DNA of 61,548 nt from an uncultured Oxalobacteraceae bacterium. GTDB taxonomy: Bacteria > Pseudomonadota > Gammaproteobacteria > Burkholderiales > Burkholderiaceae_D. Numbering within the stretch: position 1 is the stretch's first letter; the number at the start of each line of letters is the position of its first letter. The DNA lies in assembly GCA_937996605.1 (NCBI GenBank), contig CALKVB010000436.1, forward strand, positions 1-61,548, in the 5' to 3' direction. Made by a program: the position numbers and the translations under genes. The notes beneath the pieces are model-generated. The model saw only the letters and a program-made list of their open reading frames with translations. It did no database searches and was not told the DNA's origin. Positions 36,505-45,124 of the stretch are shown piece after piece.

Positions 36505-38562
36505 TTACCCCAAAGCCGAAAGCGTTCTTTTGCCAATACCACTTCGCTTCGCTTTCGAACTTGCTAACTTGAGTGTGGATCGGCGGCTCACTCTTTGGAC
36601 TTCTTCGCTTGACTCCACTGTTGGCTCAGCCAAAACAAAAATCTCAACTGCTTCAGCCAATTTTTTTGCCTGTTGATGCATATTATCAGCAGCGGCTGCA
36701 GCCTCCTCAACCAAGGAAGCATTCTGTTGAGTGATGTTGTCGAGCTGCCCTAAAGTCAAATTAACCATTTGTATGCCACTTACTTGCTCGGCGCTGGCGC
36801 GAAAAATTGACTGCATATTTTCAGACACTAGGGCAATTGTCGCGACAATGTTCTGCATGGTTTCGCCGGTATTTTGTACCTGTCGATTGCCAGCTTGAAC
36901 TTGTGCCTCTGAGGTTTCGATCAAACCTTTGATTTCCTTCGCCGCTTCTGCTGAGCGCTGCGCTAAATTTCGTACTTCAGTCGCGACCACAGCAAAACCG
37001 CGTCCTTGTTCACCTGCGCGTGCAGCTTCAACCGCGGCATTGAGTGCAAGTATATTGGTTTGAAATGCAATGCCATCAATTACGCCAATGATGTCGTTAA
37101 TCCTTCGCGATGAAAGTTGGATTGACATCATCATGTCCACTAATTCGCTCACCATTTCGCCGCCTTGTTTGGCGATCGATGTCGCATGTTTGGCTTGCTC
37201 GTTTGCGTATTGAGCACTTTGCGTATTTTGCTGTACGGTGGTCGTCAATTGTTCCATCGAGTTGGAAGATTCGGCGAGTGAACTTGCCTGTTGTTCCGTG
37301 CGAGTTGAGAGATTCATATTGCCGTTGGCGATCTCACGCGAAGCGATGGCAATGGTGCTGGTTCCCATCCTAATGTGAGTGACCAGAGTCGCGAGAACTT
37401 GGCGCATGCCTTCAAACTCGGCTTGAAGTTGGGCCAATTCATCTTGACCTTGCATTTGTATGGGATGGCTGAGATCGCCTTGGCTGATTTTCGATGCAGC
37501 GAGACTGAGAGATCGTGTTTGGCGAGAAAAAGAAAGATAGAAGCAGCACAGTAAATAGGCCGCGATAGAGAACATCAGTAGAATCGTCGCTAAAATGGCA
37601 TTGCGATTCCATTCCATCGTCTTCATCCTTTGCTCCAGTTTACCTGCCATCATCAAAGCGATAGCTTGATGGATTTGGTCCCACTTGTTTGCGCAAATCA
37701 TGCCTGCTGCTAAGTATTTGGTACCGGTATCTTGGTCTAAGGTATTGAGTACTTCTTTCTTTGTCCGCTCCAAAAATACTTGATGTTCAGTGATCAAACT
37801 TGATACCTGACCGTTCAGCGCCGCGAGTTGAGGGTCGTTTGCAAGCGCCATTTCAATTTGTGATTTGATCTTAACTAGATCGCGTTGATTAAGTATGACG
37901 TTGGTGCTGATTAAAATATCTTCATTCGCCTCCATTAAACCAGTGTCGATATAAGAGGCCCCGCGTGCAGACGTATCGATTAGCGTAGACATCAGTTCAG
38001 GAATTGCTTTGCTGTATAAATGGATGAGGTAGTAGGTCTCTACCTGAGGATCTAAGCTGAGCTGGCGTTGATCTGCGATTGTGGTGCGAAGTTTGTCGAA
38101 TTTCTCCGATAAATCGATGCTCATTCGGTATACCTGCGCAGGTTTTGTACCTTCTGGTGGTGCCTGAATTTGTCGCCATGCATCTTGCAGGCTTCCTAGT
38201 TCTGCATTGAAAGCGGAATCGTGTTCTCTATTTAGATGCTGTTGAAAATCTTTAAAGTGATGTTCGATACCATTTGCGGCGGATGTTTGTTGCTCTTTTG
38301 CGCCGCTATTGCCAGCTAGTGCAAGACGCTGCCAAGCTCTATGTAGCTGGAGTTGATTTTGCAATGCCTGTAGGGAGTTAATTAACTTGATTCCAACGAG
38401 TTCTTGTTGCGCGGTATCGATTGATTTGTTCAGTTCCTTGACTAATAAGGTGCTGATCAAACAAGCAGGCAGCGCAAACACGAAAGTAACAATGATAAAT
38501 TTCGGTAAGAGACGAAAGCGACGCATCAAATAGATGCCAGGCTGGAGTAAGATCTGCATCAC
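36505..38562 (-). CDS. Methyl-accepting chemotaxis protein
   Basis: Two TMs, large periplasmic domain, [34 protein letters not shown]. Confidence 0.95.
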   Translation of the reverse strand: MMQILLQPGIYLMRRFRLLPKFIIVTFVFALPACLISTLLVKELNKSIDTAQQELVGIKLINSLQALQNQLQLHRAWQRLALAGNSGAKEQQTSAANGIEHHFKDFQQHLNREHDSAFNAELGSLQDAWRQIQAPPEGTKPAQVYRMSIDLSEKFDKLRTTIADQRQLSLDPQVETYYLIHLYSKAIPELMSTLIDTSARGASYIDTGLMEANEDILISTNVILNQRDLVKIKSQIEMALANDPQLAALNGQVSSLITEHQVFLERTKKEVLNTLDQDTGTKYLAAGMICANKWDQIHQAIALMMAGKLEQRMKTMEWNRNAILATILLMFSIAAYLLCCFYLSFSRQTRSLSLAASKISQGDLSHPIQMQGQDELAQLQAEFEGMRQVLATLVTHIRMGTSTIAIASREIANGNMNLSTRTEQQASSLAESSNSMEQLTTTVQQNTQSAQYANEQAKHATSIAKQGGEMVSELVDMMMSIQLSSRRINDIIGVIDGIAFQTNILALNAAVEAARAGEQGRGFAVVATEVRNLAQRSAEAAKEIKGLIETSEAQVQAGNRQVQNTGETMQNIVATIALVSENMQSIFRASAEQVSGIQMVNLTLGQLDNITQQNASLVEEAAAAADNMHQQAKKLAEAVEIFVLAEPTVESSEEVQRVSRRSTLKLASSKAKRSGIGKRTLSALG

Positions 38563-38596
38563 GTCCTCTGAGTGTTGATGTGCGGAAAGAATTTTT

Positions 38597-38630
38597 ACTT
38601 TACGCAGAATTTGTGACCAGAATGTGACCT
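38597..38630 (-). promoter_or_regulatory. Pho-box-like direct repeat plus -10 element upstream of the MCP
   Basis: Minus strand aggtcac-attc-tggtcac, 10-nt spacer, then TAAAGT. Confidence 0.45.
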
Positions 38631-38665
38631 CAATTCTGGTGAGGACGATGTAGTTAGATTTAAGG

Positions 38666-39145
38666 CTACTCTTGGTTTATGCGTGGCTCTAAACTACAAG
38701 CGATCACTTGCGCCCCAAAGAAGTCAGCTTGTAAGTGAAAAGTTTTCAAAAGACGCTGCTTTCCTATAGGATCTGTTGGCAGTGCTAGGCTCAGGTGCAA
38801 GATATCCCCTGACTGAACCGGTGTTTGCATTTCTCTAGCAGCCGGAGCAGCGTTTGGGCCGGGTGAGGGAGTCGACGAAAGTAGTCCCTGCTTTTGCATT
38901 TCTTGGACGACCGCAGCGAGGGGGATAGTGACGCAATCATGAGGCTCTAACCAACGTTTGCTGCCATTTGCGGTGCTTACAATTCCACCAGTCAATTCGA
39001 CCGCGGTATCGGAAATTCGCTCGTAATGAAATGCTTCCCAATCCGCAAGCCCACGTTGACGTTTGGCGATGTCAGCCATAATTTGGGCTACTTGGCCACC
39101 GTGCGCTACCATGCCCACCGGTAACATTTCAGAAAAATCGAACAT
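38666..39145 (-). CDS. Hypothetical protein
   Basis: 159-aa ORF with a good SD (aagga) filling the intergenic space; no motif recognised. Confidence 0.6.
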   Translation of the reverse strand: MFDFSEMLPVGMVAHGGQVAQIMADIAKRQRGLADWEAFHYERISDTAVELTGGIVSTANGSKRWLEPHDCVTIPLAAVVQEMQKQGLLSSTPSPGPNAAPAAREMQTPVQSGDILHLSLALPTDPIGKQRLLKTFHLQADFFGAQVIACSLEPRINQE

Positions 39146-39382
39146 GTATGGTCCTTCTTGAAATTGGTCAAATCTGAAACTAATTCGTTTGTATCGCTTT
39201 GAATTCGCCAGTTGTAGATGAATTCTATGTTTGAAATTGTCCGAATTTTACGTGGAATCTGCAAATCACAGGTAAAATTCGCCATCGGTTTTTAAACGAT
39301 TAATTTTGTCTTTTGTATTTTAGCTGCCATCGTCTTTTCGCGATGGCGAATGACCATAGTAAAACTTAAAAGGAATACCAAG

Positions 39383-40297
39383 ATGTTGATTAAATCTCGT
39401 GTCGTCATCGGAAGCGCAATCGCTCTGTTGGCACTAACAGCATGCAATAAGAGTGGCGATAAAGCAGCCGATGGCGTGGAAAACGTGATCGCAGCGACAG
39501 TCAATGGCCAGCCTATCAGCAAAAAGCAGGTGGACTTCATTATCAAACAACAAGCTGCACAAGGCATGCCTGATAATCCAGAAATGCGTAAGATGATTAT
39601 CGATAATCTGGCGTTGGAACAATTGGTGGCACAAGAGGCAATTAAAAAAGGTCTCGATAAAAAAGGCGAAGTAGCAGACCAAATCGAAATGGCAAAATTG
39701 AATATTTTGGCGCAGGGTTTCGTTGAAGATTACATGAAAAGTAATCCAGTGAGCGACGCAATGCTAACAGCAGAATATGACAAAATTAAAGCTTCAATGG
39801 GTGGCAATGAGTACTTAGCTCGTCACATTTTGGTCGAAAAAGAAGATGAAGCGAAAGCAATTATTGCTAAGTTGAACAAAGATCCGAAACAATTTGCAGC
39901 ACTAGCTAAAGCACAATCTAAAGACCCAGGTTCCAAAGATCGTGGTGGCGATCTCGGTTGGTTTGATCCAAGCCGCATGGTTCCTGAATTTGGTGCAGCA
40001 ACAGCTAAACTAGAAAAAGGTAAATTCACACAAGAGCCCGTGAAATCACAATTTGGTTTCCACGTGATTATGTTGGAAGATTCCCGTGCTAAACCTGTGC
40101 CAACTTTGGAACAAGTTAAACCACGCTTGACGCAACAAGTACAACAACAGAATTTGAAGAAGTTGTTGGATGATATGAAAGCGAAAGCGAAGATTGAAAT
40201 CGTCGGCGCTTCCGCAGCGGCAGCATCTGCTTCTGCACCTGCTATGTCAGTTGCGCCAGCGTCGGCACCAACGGCACCAGCTGCTGACAAGCACTAA
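39383..40297 (+). CDS. PpiC/parvulin-type peptidyl-prolyl isomerase lipoprotein
   Basis: Lipobox LTAC, ARHILV, SKDPGSKDRGGDLGWF, MVPEF, SQFGFHVI. Confidence 0.92.
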   Translation: MLIKSRVVIGSAIALLALTACNKSGDKAADGVENVIAATVNGQPISKKQVDFIIKQQAAQGMPDNPEMRKMIIDNLALEQLVAQEAIKKGLDKKGEVADQIEMAKLNILAQGFVEDYMKSNPVSDAMLTAEYDKIKASMGGNEYLARHILVEKEDEAKAIIAKLNKDPKQFAALAKAQSKDPGSKDRGGDLGWFDPSRMVPEFGAATAKLEKGKFTQEPVKSQFGFHVIMLEDSRAKPVPTLEQVKPRLTQQVQQQNLKKLLDDMKAKAKIEIVGASAAAASASAPAMSVAPASAPTAPAADKH

Positions 40298-40315
40298 TCC
40301 TCGTCGTATCCAATA

Positions 40316-40350
40316 AAAAGGCCGTCTGATGTTATGTCAGACGGCCTTTT
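40316..40350. terminator. Bidirectional intrinsic terminator
   Basis: aaaaggccgtctga...tcagacggcctttt. Confidence 0.85.
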
Positions 40351-40444
40351 GCTTTGCAGCGCTAGGGAGTGGTGAACTGTTTGGTGAGCGTTGTAGCGTC
40401 ACTCACCCAGTTCGAGTCACTTAGTTTGTATCACTACGCTTGAA

Positions 40445-42142
40445 TCACTCAGCCCTAATTACGCGTGGCGTATAGTTTTGGATCAAATCTTTACTAAAGT
40501 TTTTGACGTAGTATTCGAGCGCATCAATGTCTTTTCCTATGTCTTCGCGTTCGATTCCATTCTTAAATAAAGTAAATCCATCACCACCATCGGCGAGGAA
40601 ACTGTTGACAATGACTGTGTACAAGCGCTCTTTGACTAAGGCTTCTCCATTCAAGCGTACGTCACGAATACGCTCTGCTTCGTTGGGACTTGCCTTCCAT
40701 TGATAGCTGAAACCTGTCGAGACATATAGCTTTTTGGGATCGGTCAAAGCGCGCCCTGTCCACTGCTGTTGTAAGACTTTGATGATTTGCTCACCTGTCA
40801 GTTTCATTCGTGTGATGCCATTACCAAAAGGTTGTACCGCAAAGAGATCGCCATATGTGATGGTCAATGGTGCTGGTCTTTTGCCACTAGGAAGGTCGTT
40901 ACGGATACTGCCTGAATTCATTATCGCGATGTCTGCGTGGCCTTTGGTCTGTGCGTATTTTAATTGACCATCGACCGCAACATTTCCGAGCAAGCTATCC
41001 CATGTCTTCGGCAAATACTGACGATTAAGAGGAGCGGCGATTTGCGCGATCGGGCGTGATTGAACAACGTTAGTGAGTTCAACTACTTTATCAATTAACT
41101 TCTGCGCTTCTGGGTCAGGCTTGATGGTTTCTTGATTGATCAAGTGATTCACAGCAGTCGCCGATAAAACCCGTTTTTGTGATCGATCAATACGCAGCGT
41201 GGTTTCGGTAAAATAAGCACCGTAGCTACGGGCTTGTACTAGCAGGCGGCCACCAATTTTGCAGGTATAGGCTTGATGTGTATGACCAGAAATCACCATC
41301 GTGATGGCAGGATCTAACTTTGGCATCATATCGACCATAGGTCCGCGTAGACCTTCACATTGGTAGCTTGGGTCATTCGCAGCACCTCGATAATTTGCGC
41401 CTTCGTGAATTAAGACAATGATCGCCGCCACATCTTGTGTTTGAATTTCTGGAATCAGTCGATTGATGGCTTTTGCTTCATCTTCAAATACTAAATCCTT
41501 CACTCCATCACCCGCAACTAGGTGGGTGGTGTCGACTGTCAAGGCACCAATAATCGCGATTCGCACATCACCGACTTGGCGAATAATGTAAGGCTTAACC
41601 CACGGTTTGCCGGTTTGTTTATCGATCACATTGGCGGCGAGATATTCGAACCGAGCACCGCGAAATGAGGGATAGTTGCAGCCTTGCGCATCGCAAATGC
41701 CGCGGATCTTTTGCATTAAAGCAGGACTGCCAATATCAAACTCGTGATTACCGAGTGAAGTTGCGCTTAAATCGAGCTGATTCAATGCCTCGAAAACAGG
41801 CTCGTCTTTGAGCAGTGCAGAGCCGATCGGAGTCGCCCCTATCATATCGCCTGCGCCGAGTAGAATACTATTCGGTTTCTGTGCACGCGCCGCCTTAATT
41901 GCGCTGCTCAAATAGGCGTAGCCGCCTGCTGGAATTGTGCCACCCTCTTTGCCATCTTGGCTGACCATCACCGGAACTGGATTGCTCGCTTGCAGGTGTC
42001 CATGGAGGTCGTTGATACTGAAAATACTAATTTCGCTGATATGCTGGTCAGCGGGAATATTCGTTTTCAGAGTTGGGGGGGCACTTGTACAGGAGCTCAA
42101 TAGTAGTACTGAGATTACGCTGCACAATAAACGTCGTTTCAT
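40445..42142 (-). CDS. Bifunctional metallophosphoesterase / 5'-nucleotidase lipoprotein
   Basis: Lipobox LSSC, NDLHG, AGD, GNHEFD, GHTH, NSGSIR, QPFGN, FLADGGDGF. Confidence 0.93.
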   Translation of the reverse strand: MKRRLLCSVISVLLLSSCTSAPPTLKTNIPADQHISEISIFSINDLHGHLQASNPVPVMVSQDGKEGGTIPAGGYAYLSSAIKAARAQKPNSILLGAGDMIGATPIGSALLKDEPVFEALNQLDLSATSLGNHEFDIGSPALMQKIRGICDAQGCNYPSFRGARFEYLAANVIDKQTGKPWVKPYIIRQVGDVRIAIIGALTVDTTHLVAGDGVKDLVFEDEAKAINRLIPEIQTQDVAAIIVLIHEGANYRGAANDPSYQCEGLRGPMVDMMPKLDPAITMVISGHTHQAYTCKIGGRLLVQARSYGAYFTETTLRIDRSQKRVLSATAVNHLINQETIKPDPEAQKLIDKVVELTNVVQSRPIAQIAAPLNRQYLPKTWDSLLGNVAVDGQLKYAQTKGHADIAIMNSGSIRNDLPSGKRPAPLTITYGDLFAVQPFGNGITRMKLTGEQIIKVLQQQWTGRALTDPKKLYVSTGFSYQWKASPNEAERIRDVRLNGEALVKERLYTVIVNSFLADGGDGFTLFKNGIEREDIGKDIDALEYYVKNFSKDLIQNYTPRVIRAE

Positions 42143-42153
42143 ATTGCGTCCTT

Positions 42154-42198
42154 AAAAAACAAAAATCTGCGACAGCACGTGTTGGCTGTCGCAGATTT
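42154..42198 (-). terminator. Intergenic terminator/attenuator between the receptor and nucleotidase
   Basis: 14-bp inverted repeat aaatctgcgacagc/gctgtcgcagattt followed by a U-rich tract on the minus strand. Confidence 0.65.
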
Positions 42199-42224
42199 AT
42201 TTTTAGATCACTAAACCGAAAAGA

Positions 42225-44627
42225 TTAGAAATCTGCGCTGAGTGTCACGGAAGTCAAACGTGGTGCACCCATGTAGTAGAACACGGTGCTTGCAGCAAAA
42301 CTACCAACAGGTTTAGCGTTTGTGATGGAGTTCGAAGAAGCATTGCGATATTTCTCATTGAGCAAATTGCTGATGCTCAAACGCAAAGTCAACTTCTTGT
42401 ACCAATCGCTCTTAGGGAATTGATAACCAGCATCCAAGCCAATCAGAGTGTAGGCTGGAATGAGCTCGTCATTCATCATCGTTGCTTGCTGTTCGCTTGT
42501 GTATTTCGCTTTCAAACGTGTGTACCAGTTAGCTTGTTCGTAGCTAACAGATAAGCCGTACTTCCACTCTGGCGTGTTTGGCAATTGATTGCCTGTGATA
42601 GGCAAAGTGATGACTTCACGTTTTGGTGAAGTGACGAGGAATTGCATGTTGTCACGGAATTCGCTCTTCGCATAACCAATGGAGCCGTAGAACGACCAGC
42701 CATTGATAGGTTTATTACCCGCTTCAACTTCGAAACCTTGAGTCTTAACTTTACCAACGTTCATTAAGCTACGAGTGTCGGTGATAGGGTTGTAAGCGGT
42801 TGCTTGACGATCACGGAAGTCCACAGAGTAAACAGTTACTTGTGATGTTAATTGATCGCTTTGCAAACGATAACCCAGATCGAGGTTGTAGGAAGTTTCA
42901 GACTTAACGTCGTTTCCTAAAACTGGTGCACCATTCACAACCGGCAAAGCAGAGTACACGAAGTTCGGCGGTGCTTTCATGTTTTTAGCCAAGCTAAAGA
43001 ACAATTGATTGTTATAGTCGATCTGGTAGCGGGCACCCAATTGCGGCAACACTTCTGTGTACTCACGAGCGATACTGTAAGTAGTGCCTGCGCTTTCGTT
43101 TGCATAGTTTGTAAAGTCGCGCTTCATGGTTGGTACACGTACACCAAGGTTAATCAAAACTTTCTCGTCCATGAAGCTCATGGTGTCTTGTGCGAAGAAT
43201 TGGTAAGCCGTGCTAATCGTGCGCCAATTGGGAGATTGGAAGAAAGAGCCGTCTGGACGTTTGATACGGTCAGATTCCAACCAGTAGTCAGCAGCGATGC
43301 CGTTGGCATCCACTGGAACCATAGGACCAAATTGTTCGTGCGTTGCACGTTCTGCCCAGAAACCACCGAGTAAAGTATGGTTGCTCCATTGATGAGCGAT
43401 AGAAGCTGTAATACCAGGACGGTTAGTACGGGTAACACTGCTATTTGCTACGATGACGCGGTCTAAAGTATCGCCATCGCCATTTAAGTCAACACCAACG
43501 GTGTTTTTGCCAGTCGTGGTGTTGAGAAATTGGCTCTCGGACTGTAAGCGCTGTTGATTGCCGCCTGTACCGTAACCGAACCAGTAGTAAGGCACGATAC
43601 GTACATCGGTATTTTCGCCGATACGGAATTTACCGACCACAGAGGCAATCGCGTTTTCAAATGGGTTCTTAGATAAATTGAAGTAAGAATCGGCGAACGC
43701 GACACTAGGATCATTGTCCGCTTTACCTTTAGTCGGTGTTACATGGCCTTGGAATTTTGCAGCGTAATCGTAGTAGTAGCCATACTTGTTCAAATCCGCC
43801 AAGCTGAAGCTGGCGAAGTTATTGTTGATAGCACGGTTGTACAACAATGTCGCATTGATCGAATTAAAACGATCGAAATCGAGGCGGTAGCCGATATCGA
43901 CGTGATCACGCATCGCACGACCTTCACCTTTCCACTTGCTGACATTAGCGTCAGAAGCGGAAATGAAGAAACGGGAACGGCCATCAGACCATAAACCTGT
44001 GTCGTAACGGACGAAAGTCTTACGCAAATTCAAACCACCCACGGTTTGCATGACACGTGTACGTCGGGTTTTGGATGGATCACATGTTGTGATCCCGAAG
44101 TTACCACCGGTTGCACCGATCTGAGGAGAATCGACGTCGGTAGAGCCCTGAGTCACGAATTGTGTACAGGTATTTTCTTGGTCCACGAATTCTTGTGGGT
44201 ACACTGCGAAGTTGCCGGAGTCATTAACTGGCACTCCATTGATCGTTGCGCCGATTTGATCGCTGTTGAAACCGCGTAAGGTCAAGCCGCCACCGAACAA
44301 ACCAGAAGCATCGTGGTTGTAGCTGTTGACAGCTGGCATCAATTCTAGAGCTTCATAAGCATTGCCAGTCGGACGTTGTTTTGCCAACTCTTCTGCAGTG
44401 ATGGTACTGCGTGCTTTAGGCGCGTTTTCTTCAACCATCAAACCCATACCGACTTTCTTGCCAGTAATAGTGATTTGAGTCGCGCTGATCGGCTCGGTTG
44501 GTTCTGACGATTGCTTTTGCGTTGTTGATTGCGCAAATGCTGTTCCGCTTAAGCAAGCTAATTGGCACGCTATTGCGATGACGCTCAGACGGCAAGTTGT
44601 GCTCACCGCTTTAGATTGATGTTTCAT
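42225..44627 (-). CDS. TonB-dependent receptor
   Basis: Signal peptide, ITITG TonB box, LRGF...INGVPVND plug, C-terminal ...TLSADF. Start placed at MKHQSK behind ggag. Confidence 0.92.
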   Translation of the reverse strand: MKHQSKAVSTTCRLSVIAIACQLACLSGTAFAQSTTQKQSSEPTEPISATQITITGKKVGMGLMVEENAPKARSTITAEELAKQRPTGNAYEALELMPAVNSYNHDASGLFGGGLTLRGFNSDQIGATINGVPVNDSGNFAVYPQEFVDQENTCTQFVTQGSTDVDSPQIGATGGNFGITTCDPSKTRRTRVMQTVGGLNLRKTFVRYDTGLWSDGRSRFFISASDANVSKWKGEGRAMRDHVDIGYRLDFDRFNSINATLLYNRAINNNFASFSLADLNKYGYYYDYAAKFQGHVTPTKGKADNDPSVAFADSYFNLSKNPFENAIASVVGKFRIGENTDVRIVPYYWFGYGTGGNQQRLQSESQFLNTTTGKNTVGVDLNGDGDTLDRVIVANSSVTRTNRPGITASIAHQWSNHTLLGGFWAERATHEQFGPMVPVDANGIAADYWLESDRIKRPDGSFFQSPNWRTISTAYQFFAQDTMSFMDEKVLINLGVRVPTMKRDFTNYANESAGTTYSIAREYTEVLPQLGARYQIDYNNQLFFSLAKNMKAPPNFVYSALPVVNGAPVLGNDVKSETSYNLDLGYRLQSDQLTSQVTVYSVDFRDRQATAYNPITDTRSLMNVGKVKTQGFEVEAGNKPINGWSFYGSIGYAKSEFRDNMQFLVTSPKREVITLPITGNQLPNTPEWKYGLSVSYEQANWYTRLKAKYTSEQQATMMNDELIPAYTLIGLDAGYQFPKSDWYKKLTLRLSISNLLNEKYRNASSNSITNAKPVGSFAASTVFYYMGAPRLTSVTLSADF

Positions 44628-44689
44628 TTCCCACTCCATATCCAAGTGATTTTTGTAAAATTAAATGCTCAAATTTTTGAGAACAGTGG

Positions 44690-44745
44690 AGTTTGCCGCC
44701 AGATTGTTACAGACTGGTGACAAAGCGTTTTCATTGTTGTGACAG
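44690..44745 (-). promoter_or_regulatory. Pho boxes (PhoB sites) and -10 element
   Basis: Minus strand ctgtcac-aaca-atgaaaa-cgct-ttgtcac-cagt-ctgtaac (11-bp period), 10-nt spacer, then CAAACT. Confidence 0.7.
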
Positions 44746-45052
44746 ACCGCAAGTTTAGCACAGGGGATATCCCCATCTTCAAAGTGCTTTGAAGCGGAAA
44801 CGTGGGTTTTGATAGGGATTTCGTAGGAGAACTGGTATCGAGCAGACTGGAGTGGCGGCATAAATTGCCGCAATGCAGCAATTAGAGTGTTAACTCTAAT
44901 TCTGTTGTTTTTACCGAATACACCAAATTTTATTGTCTTTTGCTAAAGTTTTTGGGTGATCTATTTGAGTGTGATGTGATTGCCTATCATTGCCCATAAG
45001 CACTGGTATGTTGGCTTGGGTTTTTGCATCCCGCGTCATTGATTCTACAAAT

Positions 45053-45088
45053 AAAAATCGCACTGGTCGATTTCTCCACCAGTGCGAT
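45053..45088 (-). terminator. Intrinsic terminator of deaD
   Basis: atcgcactggt...accagtgcgat followed by a U-run on the minus strand. Confidence 0.75.
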
Positions 45089-45124
45089 CAACATTGCGAT
45101 CAACTTAATAAGCTAGTTTTTCGC

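Noticed and set aside
40316-40350. AGGCCGTCTGA inverted pair resembling a Neisseriaceae DNA-uptake-sequence terminator
   Set aside because: Both copies lack the final A and I saw no other copies in 61 kb, whereas true DUS are highly abundant. Treated as an ordinary terminator.
45083-45104. tgcgatcaac direct duplication beside the deaD terminator
   Set aside because: A short local duplication with no associated mobile element; too weak to call a target-site duplication.
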